Source: Vulcanimicrobiota bacterium (GTDB taxonomy: Bacteria > Vulcanimicrobiota > Xenobia > Xenobiales > JADMJV01). Taken from it: a stretch of 64,000 nt of DNA. Shown piece by piece: positions 27,781 through 36,979 of the stretch. The stretch is taken from positions 567,659 through 631,658 of the forward strand of contig JBFWNU010000002.1 of the NCBI GenBank assembly GCA_050250895.1, written 5' to 3'. The position numbers and the translations under genes are program-made. Under the pieces are notes generated by a model, which did no database searches, had not been told where the DNA came from, and saw nothing but the letters and a program-made list of their open reading frames with translations. Numbering within the stretch: the stretch's first letter is position 1; each line of letters starts with the position of its first letter.

Positions 27781-28639
27781 TCTTTTAGCCCGCGCCGAGC
27801 AGTTTTGGTCGAGCCAGCGCGAGTTGGTCTGGCGACACTTTTCCGTCGCTGGCGAGCACCTGCGCGTCGGCAGTCCCGACAGCGAGCTGCTAGAGCGGCT
27901 GACCTGGGCGCTGGGTCCCGCCGAGCCTGGCCCGAGCGGCCTCGAGGTCAGACTCTGGTCCGGATCGCCCGAGCTGGTCCTGGAAGAGAGCTGGCGCCAG
28001 GCCCGCGGCGATTGTCCCGACTTTGGGCCGGGCCGGCTGACCCAGTGCGGGCCCGAGGCGCCGGTCTGTCTGTGGCAAGAGTCGCTCGCCTACTATTGGG
28101 TCCCGGGCCGGCTCTCGGACCACGAGCTGGGAGCTCCCTTGCGCACGGCCATCTATCTGTGGCTGGCCCGACAGCAGCGCCAACTGGTGCATGCGGCCGC
28201 CGTCAGTCGCGATGGACGAGCGGTGCTCATCGGGGGTCGGGGCGGCAGCGGCAAGAGTTTTCTCTGCCGGCACCTGGAAGGCTGGTCTTGCCTGGGCGAT
28301 GACTATGTGGGGCTGGGCCCGGGCGCGGTTTACCCGGTTTATCGTTCGCTCAAGCTCGATGGCCAGCTCGAGCGCCTCGAGCCTGCGGCCCCGGCCACCC
28401 TGGTGGGAGGTTTGCTGTTGGGGGCGGACGAGGGTCCGGCGCCGGTTTCGCGGCTGGCGCGGACGATCGGAGCCAGCACCCTGCTGCTGTTGCCGTGGTC
28501 GGACGCTGGCGACCTGGCCCGCATCGGCTCGGCTTTGAACGGGTTGCCCTGCTGGGGTTTGCCGGTCCGTCCCTCGGTCAAGGTGGTCCACCGCTGGTTG
28601 GCTCGGTTCTTTGACGCTTGCGGTCCAGCGAACGTTTGA
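27743..28639 (+). CDS. Second HPr kinase-like P-loop kinase
   Basis: LVHAAAVS..VLIGGRGGSGKS..LGDDYV; start codon uncertain. Confidence 0.75.
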   Translation: MSRPGGPIAGLFDLLARAEQFWSSQRELVWRHFSVAGEHLRVGSPDSELLERLTWALGPAEPGPSGLEVRLWSGSPELVLEESWRQARGDCPDFGPGRLTQCGPEAPVCLWQESLAYYWVPGRLSDHELGAPLRTAIYLWLARQQRQLVHAAAVSRDGRAVLIGGRGGSGKSFLCRHLEGWSCLGDDYVGLGPGAVYPVYRSLKLDGQLERLEPAAPATLVGGLLLGADEGPAPVSRLARTIGASTLLLLPWSDAGDLARIGSALNGLPCWGLPVRPSVKVVHRWLARFFDACGPANV

Positions 28640-29273
28640 GCACGGTGGCCAGCAGACGATTGTGCTCGACCATCGAGGTGTTGTCAGAGTGAACGCGTTT
28701 GTCGACCACCACGGCGTCGAGCATGACCCCTTCGACCCCCAGGTCACCGGCCCGAGCGAACCAGTCGACGTCGTGGGCGTTGGGATAGGCCGGGTCGAGC
28801 AGGCCCACTCGCTCGAAGGCGCTGCGATGAGCCAAGAGGGTCTCCATGATCTTGCCCGGATGCTCGCCCACCAGGAGCTTGGGGCGAAAGCCCGCGGGAG
28901 TCTGGCTGCCTTCCAGAAAGAAGCGAACCTTTCCAGTGGCAAACAGGCAATCCGGGCGGGCCCGCAGGGCCGCTAGCTGGTCGGCCAGCTTGTCGGGGCG
29001 ATAGAGGTCGTCGTGGGACAAAAACGCGATCCACTCGCCTCGAGCCTGGTGGATGCCGGTGTTGTAGGCGTCGGGGAGAGTGTCACCATGTTGGGGCATC
29101 CAGCGACAAAGCGAGGACTGCTCGGCAATCTGGCGCGAGCCGTCGGTCGATCCGCCGTCGACCACGAGGACCTCGAGAGGGCGATGGGTCTGGGCCTGGA
29201 TGCTGGCCAGGGCCTGGCCGAGGAAAGCCTCACCGTTCTTCACACAGACCACCACCGAAATCAGCTCGCTCAT
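28578..29273 (-). CDS. GT2-family glycosyltransferase
   Basis: ISVVVCVKNG, VDGGSTDGS, FLSHDD, HDVDWF. Confidence 0.9.
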   Translation of the reverse strand: MSELISVVVCVKNGEAFLGQALASIQAQTHRPLEVLVVDGGSTDGSRQIAEQSSLCRWMPQHGDTLPDAYNTGIHQARGEWIAFLSHDDLYRPDKLADQLAALRARPDCLFATGKVRFFLEGSQTPAGFRPKLLVGEHPGKIMETLLAHRSAFERVGLLDPAYPNAHDVDWFARAGDLGVEGVMLDAVVVDKRVHSDNTSMVEHNRLLATVLKRSLDRKRQRTEPTSGGPP

Positions 29274-30130
29274 CGCCGCAACCATCGCTTCCAGAAGCCG
29301 GCGCGGCAGCTGTGGCGCGGCTCCCAACCCAGCAATGCAGAGGCCTTGCGGTTGCTAAACCAGGCCTGATAGCCCTGCGGCGGGGGCTGAAAGGTGTCCA
29401 GCCAGCCCGGCAGGCCCCGTTCGAAGAGAGCGCGCGTTTCGACCGAAGCGGTGGTGTCGCTGGCCAGCAAGTAGACGGCGGAAAACGATGGAGGAGCGGC
29501 CAGGGAGAGGTAATCTTCGCAGGCTCGATGCAGGTCGCGCAAATCGAGATAGTGCCACGGGTCGATCAGGTATCCCTCGCGCAGTTGGCCAGGACCGCGG
29601 TGGGGGAGGTAGGAGTCGGTCCGCTCGGGCTCCCAGACGGCGGCCAGACGCAGACACAACACCGACATCGAGGTCTCTTGCGAGAATTGCTCGAGGAATT
29701 TTTCGCAACCGAGCTTACTGCGGCCATAGTCGTCCTCGGCGTGGCAGTCGTCGCTTTCGTCGAAGGGCAGCCGCCGAGGCTTGAACAGGCGGGGGTAGGG
29801 CTGGTACTCGCCCTGCCCCTGGACGTTGATAGTGCTGGCCAGAACGAACCGCTCGACACCCGCCTCGGCGGCCGCCCGGGCCAGGTTCTCGGTGCTGACC
29901 AGATTGTTGGCGTAGGTGTCGGGCCCCGGGTGGGGCGTGCCCGCAAAGTGAAACACCGCCTCGGTGCCGGCCACTGCCCGGGCGCAAAACCCTGGTTCGC
30001 TCAGGTCTCCCACCAGTCGCTGGGTCGGCCCGGGACGCCGATCGGCGCAGACCACCCGGTGATTACGCTCTAACAGCGGACGCAGCCTCAAGCCGATCCG
30101 TCCCGCATCCCCGGTGAACAGCAACTTCAT
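29270..30130 (-). CDS. NAD-dependent epimerase/dehydratase (extended SDR)
   Basis: TGDAGRIG, ASTI, YGRSK. Confidence 0.88.
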   Translation of the reverse strand: MKLLFTGDAGRIGLRLRPLLERNHRVVCADRRPGPTQRLVGDLSEPGFCARAVAGTEAVFHFAGTPHPGPDTYANNLVSTENLARAAAEAGVERFVLASTINVQGQGEYQPYPRLFKPRRLPFDESDDCHAEDDYGRSKLGCEKFLEQFSQETSMSVLCLRLAAVWEPERTDSYLPHRGPGQLREGYLIDPWHYLDLRDLHRACEDYLSLAAPPSFSAVYLLASDTTASVETRALFERGLPGWLDTFQPPPQGYQAWFSNRKASALLGWEPRHSCRAGFWKRWLRR

Positions 30131-30144
30131 CGCCGACGCTTCCT

Positions 30145-31548
30145 CTAAGAGGCGCTCTGAACCTGTTCCTGGGCCTGCTGGAGCCGGCGGGCCCCCCGTA
30201 AGAGTAGCGACAGGCCACGCTCGAGCGAGAGGTCTTGAGGCACTTCCACCTGGGCCAGGGTCTGCACCGCCAGTTCGAGATCATCGAGAGCGCCCAGATA
30301 GAGCCGGCCTTCGCTGGGCGCCTCGTCGGCGGGCACCAGCTGGCGGGCCTTGGAGATGGCCGCCTGAAACTGGCTCAAGCGCTCGGTCAACAGCGACAGC
30401 GGAGAAGTGCCCTGCTGAAAGCCCAGGCAGGCCTGGCGCAGCTTGAGGATGTTCTCATATTCCGTGCCCTCCTGTTCATCCTCGGACAGGTCCAGCAGGT
30501 GCCGGTCGGCGCCTTGAATGGCCGGCAGCTTGACGGTACAGTGGGAACACAGGCGCCGGTGGAGAGCGTTGAGGTAGCCGCAAGAGGGGCAGGGGGCCGT
30601 CCCTTCGCGGGCGGCGACTTCTTGCAGGTGGGCCATCTGAGCATCGAGTCGATTCTTCAAGTCGCGCACCGGGCCGGCCAGATCGACCTCTTCGGCCTCT
30701 TCGACCGCTTCGGCGATAGCCAGCATCGTCTCGTCGAATTCGGCCAGGGTGTCGCCGATGGCGGCGCTGATTTCGCGAGTCTGGTGCCAGGCTTCGGCGG
30801 CCGCCGCCGTCATCTCGAAGCGTGAGGCCAGCCGGCGTACCTCGAGCAGCGCTCCCTCGACGGCCAGCAGGATGACCTCGGGGTCGGTCTGGGCCTCGAG
30901 CGTCTCGAGCAGACGGCTCACTCCCCACAGCCCCCCCTCGCGGACCCACTCGGCCGCCACCTCCGCGGTGGCGGCCAAGCGCTGGAAGGCCTGTTCCAGT
31001 TCGAGCCCGCCCAGGTCGGTGGCACCTCTGGCCCAGTCCTGCAGCGCTCGCAGTGCCTCGACCAGGCGAGCGGCCGAAGGCGGCCCTCCCTGACCGGACA
31101 GCCTTGCCTCCAATTCTCGCAAGTGGTGGTCGAGCAGTTGGCTCAGTCCGAATTCGAGGCTGGCGCCGCCCAGATAGCGACGGCCCGATTCGAGAATGCG
31201 ATTGACCCAGGCGATGGGGGTGGGGCCGTGGGCCTCCCACATGGCATCGCGAAAGGCCAGCGCCCATTGATTGACTTCGGCGTGGACCTGGCGTAGCTCG
31301 AGCAGGGCCTGGCGTGGAGATTCGGACTCGACGGCCGCCTCGGCCAGATCCTGGCAGCGGTCGAGGCGCGAGGTGATCTCTTCGAGATAGGGCTGCATGG
31401 CTTCGACCATCTCCTCGGGGTGGGGCTCGAGGGCGGTCTCGAACTGGCCCAACCACTGGCCCAGCCCATCCACGAACGCCTCGAGCAGGGGGCGGGCTTC
31501 GGCTTCGCCCTTGAGAACGCGCTCTAATTGAGCCTCGAAAGGATTCAT
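30145..31548 (-). CDS. Helical hypothetical protein with zinc ribbon
   Basis: Long Glu/Leu/Ala-rich ORF; CPSCGYLN..CSHC motif. Confidence 0.7.
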   Translation of the reverse strand: MNPFEAQLERVLKGEAEARPLLEAFVDGLGQWLGQFETALEPHPEEMVEAMQPYLEEITSRLDRCQDLAEAAVESESPRQALLELRQVHAEVNQWALAFRDAMWEAHGPTPIAWVNRILESGRRYLGGASLEFGLSQLLDHHLRELEARLSGQGGPPSAARLVEALRALQDWARGATDLGGLELEQAFQRLAATAEVAAEWVREGGLWGVSRLLETLEAQTDPEVILLAVEGALLEVRRLASRFEMTAAAAEAWHQTREISAAIGDTLAEFDETMLAIAEAVEEAEEVDLAGPVRDLKNRLDAQMAHLQEVAAREGTAPCPSCGYLNALHRRLCSHCTVKLPAIQGADRHLLDLSEDEQEGTEYENILKLRQACLGFQQGTSPLSLLTERLSQFQAAISKARQLVPADEAPSEGRLYLGALDDLELAVQTLAQVEVPQDLSLERGLSLLLRGARRLQQAQEQVQSAS

Positions 31549-31624
31549 ACCCGCTGCGAGGGTTCGGGATAGGGCCTTGTTCGCCTTCCAGGAGGCCTCG
31601 GGACTCACAGCAAAGAGGAGCAGC

Positions 31625-31984
31625 ATGCAGCAACTGATCGAGGAACTCAAGGCTCTGCACGAGGGCGTGCTGGGCCAGCCCCTGGTGGAGGAGCGTGAGC
31701 CAGAAAGGGTGTTGGCCCGACTGCGGGCCGGCGAGTCTGACTTTCCGCTCGCCTTGCGCTGGGATGACCAGCCCCACTCGGTGGTGGTCGAGTCGTTACG
31801 TTCTGAGCGGGTGTTTTTCTTCAACCCGATGCAGGCCGAGGATGTCCAGCCGGGCACTTTGCTCGGCGGGACCCGGGACGGGCCCCGTCGTCGCTCTGAA
31901 GAAGACGGCCTCGAGAGCGTTGCAGTGGAAGACTTTCGAGCGCTTTTTAGTCAGCGTCAGGCGGTTTGCCTGGTGCCCGGCTAG
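31625..31984 (+). CDS. Hypothetical protein
   Basis: GAGGAG RBS before ATG 31625; coding-like composition. Confidence 0.6.
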   Translation: MQQLIEELKALHEGVLGQPLVEEREPERVLARLRAGESDFPLALRWDDQPHSVVVESLRSERVFFFNPMQAEDVQPGTLLGGTRDGPRRRSEEDGLESVAVEDFRALFSQRQAVCLVPG

Positions 31985-32016
31985 GCGACTTGCGGCCGCC
32001 CGTCGAAGGCGGCTGG

Positions 32017-32454
32017 ATGGCAACCTCAGACTGGAAATTCCACGTTTCGCTCAACGTCACCGACCTGCCCCGGTCGCTGGCGTTTTACCGGGCTTTGACC
32101 GGACTCGAACCGAGCAAGCACAAGCCTGACTATGCCAGGTTCGAGCTGACCGAGCCGCCGGTAGTGTTGACCCTCGGGCCCGGTCCGGTGGGCCTCGGGC
32201 ACCTCAATCATATCGGCTTTCGTTGCGCCACCTCGGTCGAGCTGGTCGAAATCCAGCGGCGCCTTGAAGAAGCGGGCGTTACCACCATCCGGGAAGAGGG
32301 GGTCGAATGCTGCTATGCCTTGCAGACCAAGTTCTGGGCCCACGACCCCGACGGATTACCCTGGGAGTTCTATGTCTTCACGGCCGACCTCGAACACGCT
32401 GGCGACGGCCGCGTGCCCGAGGCCGCCTCGAGCGGCGGCTGTTGCCCGGGCTAG
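32017..32454 (+). CDS. ArsI/CadI-family glyoxalase-fold protein
   Basis: FHVSLNV, LNHIGF, CCYALQTKFWAHDPDG..WE, C-terminal CC. Confidence 0.88.
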   Translation: MATSDWKFHVSLNVTDLPRSLAFYRALTGLEPSKHKPDYARFELTEPPVVLTLGPGPVGLGHLNHIGFRCATSVELVEIQRRLEEAGVTTIREEGVECCYALQTKFWAHDPDGLPWEFYVFTADLEHAGDGRVPEAASSGGCCPG

Positions 32455-32458
32455 CCGA

Positions 32459-33079
32459 CTATCGTCTGACTGCCTCCGGGTCGAGAATGCCGCTGAGTAA
32501 GTCGGCCAGGATAGCCCGCAGCTCGCGCTCGAGGTCGCGCGAAAGGTCGCCCAGACCGTCGACGAGCTTGTCGCGGACCACCCGCAGGGTGGTGTCGCGC
32601 AGGTCGTTGAAGTCGCGGATCTCGCTGGGCTTTTGCTCGACGAAGCGTTGGTAATAGACGCTCTGACCGCTCTTGAGCCGCCCATAGACCTGTTCGGTGC
32701 TTTTGGCTTTGACCCGAATCGGCAAGAAGGGGTGGTCGACTTCGAAGTGGCCACCGTCGGAATCGGCGATGGTTTGCAGGGTCTCGAGGTAGCGAACGGC
32801 TCGCTGCTCGGCTCGGGTAGTGGGAGCGGGTACGGTGGGCTCGGGCGGATTGGTGATGGCGATGGTGCCGATGACTCCTACCGCCAGGCCGAGTCCGACC
32901 AACAGCGCGGTCTTGCCCAGGCCGCGCGAACGGGTAGGGGCAGCCGCCGCGAGCGGCAGTTCGAGGCTCGGCTCGAAGCTCTCGACGGGAGGGGCTTGAG
33001 GTTTGGCGGCCGGAGGGGCCGAGCGAGCTAGAGGGCGTGAGAATGTCAGGCGGGGACCGATGGTCTGAAGCTGGGCCAT
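32459..33079 (-). CDS. Hypothetical single-TM protein
   Basis: Disordered N-terminus followed by the hydrophobic helix TALLVGLGLAVGVIGTIAI. Confidence 0.7.
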   Translation of the reverse strand: MAQLQTIGPRLTFSRPLARSAPPAAKPQAPPVESFEPSLELPLAAAAPTRSRGLGKTALLVGLGLAVGVIGTIAITNPPEPTVPAPTTRAEQRAVRYLETLQTIADSDGGHFEVDHPFLPIRVKAKSTEQVYGRLKSGQSVYYQRFVEQKPSEIRDFNDLRDTTLRVVRDKLVDGLGDLSRDLERELRAILADLLSGILDPEAVRR

Positions 33080-33146
33080 AGGAACCTTCCAATCCGGAGT
33101 TGTTCCCAGACTAGTGGGCCGGCCTCAGCTAGAGATTTCAGGAAAG

Positions 33147-33542
33147 TTAAATTGTCTCCCAGGCGGCAGCGGCGTCGAGAGCCCCTAACAGAGCGAAGGC
33201 GCGGGCCGCTTTGAGTGCCTCTTCGCGATTGACGATGGCCTTGGCCGGGCAATTCTTGGGCTGGCCAGCCATGATGATCTGATCGTCGCCCTCGATTTCG
33301 GGATGGACCATGGCCACAAAGTCGCCCCAGTCGAAAGTGGCCTGGACAGTGTAGCGGCCGTTAGCTCCGCCACCGATGGCCATGTAACTGTGCTCGGGGG
33401 TATCGAGGGTGAGGAGGGTATGTTCGTGGCCGTCAAGTCGGGTGATGGCGTCGACGATTTCGGGCCAGTCTGGGCTGAGAGTGGATCGGCTCCAGTGCTT
33501 GGATCCTTCTCGCTCGCTTTCGGTCAGAGTCGTGATGACCAC
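33147..33542 (-). CDS. Probable Imm1-like immunity protein
   Basis: 131 aa, acidic; ends P..AIVNREEALKAARAF...G....W, like Imm1; AGGAGG RBS. Confidence 0.6.
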   Translation of the reverse strand: MVITTLTESEREGSKHWSRSTLSPDWPEIVDAITRLDGHEHTLLTLDTPEHSYMAIGGGANGRYTVQATFDWGDFVAMVHPEIEGDDQIIMAGQPKNCPAKAIVNREEALKAARAFALLGALDAAAAWETI

Positions 33543-33698
33543 CTGGACCTCCTAGAATAAACTAGTTCTATTTTACAGTATCGCTGAGAGGGTGTCAAAG
33601 GACATTCGTACCATGGCGGGGCGAACGTTTTTTCGTTCTTCGGGAGGGAACGCATGTTCTTGAATTAAATTCCAGACGATGGGACAGGGAGGGAATTT

Positions 33699-34664
33699 AT
33701 GCGATTGGGACTTGACCTGGGTACCACCGTGGTGCGTGTGGCCAGGGACAAAAAAGGTGTAATTCTCCAAGAGGCGAGCGTCATCGCTGACGATCCGACT
33801 CTGCCGGAGGTCTATACTGTGGGCAATGAGGCCCGAGCGATGGAGGGGCGGACCCCCGACCACGTCAGGGCGCTCAGGCCCCTGCAGGCCGGATGTGTGG
33901 CCGCCCCGCTGGCTGCCCGTGAAATGCTGCGTCTGCTGCTGGGCCGCGCCCTGGGTTGGCGTAAGAAACTCAAGCCTTTTGTGCGCGTGGCCGTGCCGGT
34001 CACCGTGACCAGGTTTGAGCAAGAGGCCCTGGTCGAGGCCCTGACCTACGCCGGGGCCGGCAAGGTGGAACCCGTGCCCAAGCCAATTGCAGCTGCCTTC
34101 GGCATCGACGCTGAAGTGGGCGCCCCGCTGGCCGCCATGGTGGTGGATCTGGGTGGGGGCACCAGCGAGGTGGCTGCCATCTCTCCGGGCATCGTCGTCT
34201 GTGATGCCATCGGCGTGGGAGGGGTCGACCTGGATCGGGCCATCACGGCGCACCTGCGCATCGCTCACGGTCTCGAGATCTCCCCCGAGATGGCCGAAAA
34301 GATCAAGCTTGGCGTAGGCTCCGCCTGGCCCGGCGAGGGTCCTGAGACCTTCCAGGCGGCCGGCCGCGAATTACGCACGCTGTTGCCGCTGCGGGTCGAG
34401 GTTACGTCTGTCGAAATCCGGACAGCCATGCAGGCTCCCCTGGAGCGCATCTTCGACCTGGTTCGTCGCACCCTGGATCGGACTCCCCCGTCCCTGTCTG
34501 AGGATGTGCTGCGGCGCGGAGTGGTGCTCACGGGGGGCGGCGCTCAGTTGCGGGGAATGGCCCGCTTTCTCAGCGAGCGACTGGGACTGGAAGTGAAGAT
34601 CGCTCCCGACCCCACCGGGTGTGTGGCCCGGGGACTATTGCTGGCCCGTCTGGGCATCAACTAA
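33699..34664 (+). CDS. mreB: MreB-like rod-shape actin
   Basis: GLDLGT, MEGRTP, RPL..G, VVDLGGGTSEVA, AEKIK, LTGGGA; first gene of the mre operon. Confidence 0.85.
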   Translation: MRLGLDLGTTVVRVARDKKGVILQEASVIADDPTLPEVYTVGNEARAMEGRTPDHVRALRPLQAGCVAAPLAAREMLRLLLGRALGWRKKLKPFVRVAVPVTVTRFEQEALVEALTYAGAGKVEPVPKPIAAAFGIDAEVGAPLAAMVVDLGGGTSEVAAISPGIVVCDAIGVGGVDLDRAITAHLRIAHGLEISPEMAEKIKLGVGSAWPGEGPETFQAAGRELRTLLPLRVEVTSVEIRTAMQAPLERIFDLVRRTLDRTPPSLSEDVLRRGVVLTGGGAQLRGMARFLSERLGLEVKIAPDPTGCVARGLLLARLGIN

Positions 34665-34673
34665 GGAGGACGC

Positions 34674-36536
34674 ATGCTGTATACCGAGAGCATGGAGGGG
34701 CCCTCGCCGTTGTTGGCCGAGAAGCCCAAGCAAAACGCCACTCTGGGAGATTCCCTGGCCAATCGCGTAGCCCGTCCTCGCGTGGACGTGGGGGTGTGTC
34801 TGGGTACTTCTCAGGTGCGCCTGACGGTGGGCACCCGCGAAGTCGCCTCGCCCAGTTGCGTGGCCGTCGACTCGGCCAAAGGCAAGGTGCTGGCCCTGGG
34901 CGAGAAGGCTTTTCAGATGGAAGGGCGCGAGCCTCAGGGCGTTTCGATCGTGCGCCCCCTACGTCACGGCGTGGTGGTCGACTATGAGCGGGCTCGCAGC
35001 CTGCTCGGCTCGGCGCTGGAAGCGTCTAAGCACGGCGTGCTGTTTGGCCCGCGGGTGGCGGTGGCCGTGGCCGCCGACCTCTCCAGCGTGGAGTTGAAGG
35101 CTCTCGAGTCGACCGTCCGTGGGGCCGGCGCCCGCGAGGTCTATCTGGTCGACAAAGTGTTGGCTTGCGCGGCCGGAGTGGGTGAAGACGTGCTGGCCCC
35201 CCGCGCTCGGTTGGTGATTCAGTTGGGGGCGGGCACCACCCAGATGGGTGTGATTTCTTTGGGCAATCCGGTCGAATCCAGAGTGATGCGCCGGGGCGGC
35301 CATTCGATGAATGAACTGATCGCCGAACACGTGCGCCGCCAGCACCAGATTCGCATCGACGAGCACACGGCCGATCGCATCAAATGCCAGTTGGGATGTG
35401 CGCTGCCCCTGGCCGAAGAACGCACCCTCGAGATTTCGGGCCGCGGCACCCAGGACGGAAAGCCGGTTTCGGTTACCCTCAATTCGACCGAGGTGGGCCG
35501 GGTCATCCAGCCCGTGCTCGACGCTATCGCCGAAGAAGTGCGGGCGCTGGTGGCCAGCATGTCGTGCCAGTTGCTCACCGACGTGATGGAGGATGGAGCC
35601 ATCTTGACCGGCGGCGGTTCGATGCTACGCCGCCTGGACGAGTTCCTGGAACAAGAGACCCGGTTGCGTTTTCGCCTGCCCACCGGCCACGACCAGGCGG
35701 CCGCCTATGGCATGCGGCGCCTGCTCAACGACCGGCTGCTGCGCCAGCGGGTGTTGGCCCCCAAAGGGCGCGGGGTCGCAAGCCAACCGGGCCGCCCTCG
35801 CAACTGGCTGGTGGCCTCCCTGCTGCTCTCCACCTCGCTGTTGGTGACGGTGACTTTCGCCCGTGATATGCAGATGGGCGGGGGAGGGCTCGACGGCATC
35901 ATGAACACGGTCTTGCAGCCCGCTTACTCAGCGGCCGCACCCGAGCAGAACTGGGACATGACCGAGCGCCTGATGCTCGACGAGAAGGACCGTCGCCTCG
36001 AATCGCTGCGCCAGGAGAACCAGCGCCTGCGAGCGTTGTTGGGCACTCCGGACGGCAGGGTTCCCGAGGGCGCTCGAGTGGCTACGGTGCTGGCTCGCGA
36101 CCCTAAGGGATGGTTGAGCTTCATGCGGCTTGACCTGGGTCGCAAGCACGGCGTCAAGGTCGGCCAGGTGGTCTCCGACGGCAAGAGCCTGGTGGGTAAG
36201 GTCGACTCGGTCAGCGACGAGAGTTGCCGCGTGCGTCTGTTCGTCGATCAGTCCTCGGTGGTAGCCGGCAAAGTGCGCGACACGGCCGGAGTGGTGGTGG
36301 GAAGCACCGACCGCCAGGTTCGGATGCGTTACCTCGACCCCGACGCCCGGGTCAAACCCGGTGACAAGGTCTATACCTCGGGGCTGGACGGCGAATACCC
36401 GAAGGGATTGCTGGTGGGTCGCGTGGTGCGGGTCGACCGGCTCGAGGACGCCAATTTTCAAACGGTGACCGTCGAGCCGACCGCCGACTTCGATCGCTTG
36501 TTTGAAGTCTTGATTCTGGGAGCGCAGGGCTCTTGA
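34674..36536 (+). CDS. mreC: Fusion of a divergent MreB-like domain to MreC
   Basis: N-terminal actin fold (MEGREP, RPLRHG, LTGGGS), TM helix near 35802-35860, coiled coil LRQENQRLRALL, then MreC motifs (DLG...GVKVG, GDKVYTSGLDGEYPKGLLVG). Confidence 0.85.
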   Translation: MLYTESMEGPSPLLAEKPKQNATLGDSLANRVARPRVDVGVCLGTSQVRLTVGTREVASPSCVAVDSAKGKVLALGEKAFQMEGREPQGVSIVRPLRHGVVVDYERARSLLGSALEASKHGVLFGPRVAVAVAADLSSVELKALESTVRGAGAREVYLVDKVLACAAGVGEDVLAPRARLVIQLGAGTTQMGVISLGNPVESRVMRRGGHSMNELIAEHVRRQHQIRIDEHTADRIKCQLGCALPLAEERTLEISGRGTQDGKPVSVTLNSTEVGRVIQPVLDAIAEEVRALVASMSCQLLTDVMEDGAILTGGGSMLRRLDEFLEQETRLRFRLPTGHDQAAAYGMRRLLNDRLLRQRVLAPKGRGVASQPGRPRNWLVASLLLSTSLLVTVTFARDMQMGGGGLDGIMNTVLQPAYSAAAPEQNWDMTERLMLDEKDRRLESLRQENQRLRALLGTPDGRVPEGARVATVLARDPKGWLSFMRLDLGRKHGVKVGQVVSDGKSLVGKVDSVSDESCRVRLFVDQSSVVAGKVRDTAGVVVGSTDRQVRMRYLDPDARVKPGDKVYTSGLDGEYPKGLLVGRVVRVDRLEDANFQTVTVEPTADFDRLFEVLILGAQGS

Positions 36537-36979
36537 TCGGCTGGCTCGGGACGGCGGTCCTGATACTGCTGGCCACGGTGCTGCAGAGCACGCACCTGCA
36601 TGGCCTGGGACCAGGCGGGACCACCCCGGACCTGGTTCTTTTGATCGTGCTGGCCGCCGGCCGCCACGGCGGCGAAACGGCCGGCAGTTGGGCCGGCTTT
36701 TGGGGTGGCCTGCTGATCGGGGCCGTGCGTGGGGGTCTGGAAGGGCCGATGGCGGTGCTCTACGTGCTGGCCGGCTGGCTGGCCGGCGCCCATCAAGAGT
36801 CAAGCCTCTTCGAGATGGTGCTGGTCGGTTGTCTGGCCACCGTCTTGATGGTGCTGGGCGAAACGGCCATCATCGCCTTTCTGGGCCTGGCCGGCTCGCT
36901 GACTCTGGCGGGGGTGGTCGGGTTGGCTCTGTTGCACGGGCTTTGTCTGGCCCCCCTGGCGGTGCGGAGCGAAAACTAG
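36533..36979 (+). CDS. mreD: Rod shape-determining protein MreD
   Basis: Hydrophobic; PDLVLL and GFWGGLL motifs; lies between mreC and mrdA. Confidence 0.75.
   Translation: MIGWLGTAVLILLATVLQSTHLHGLGPGGTTPDLVLLIVLAAGRHGGETAGSWAGFWGGLLIGAVRGGLEGPMAVLYVLAGWLAGAHQESSLFEMVLVGCLATVLMVLGETAIIAFLGLAGSLTLAGVVGLALLHGLCLAPLAVRSEN

Noticed and set aside
21233-30130. Complete lasso peptide cluster
   Set aside because: No asparagine-synthetase-like cyclase, B2 protease or lasso precursor is visible in the window.
32017-32454. Arsenic resistance operon
   Set aside because: Only an ArsI/CadI-like gene is present; no arsR, arsC or acr3 nearby.
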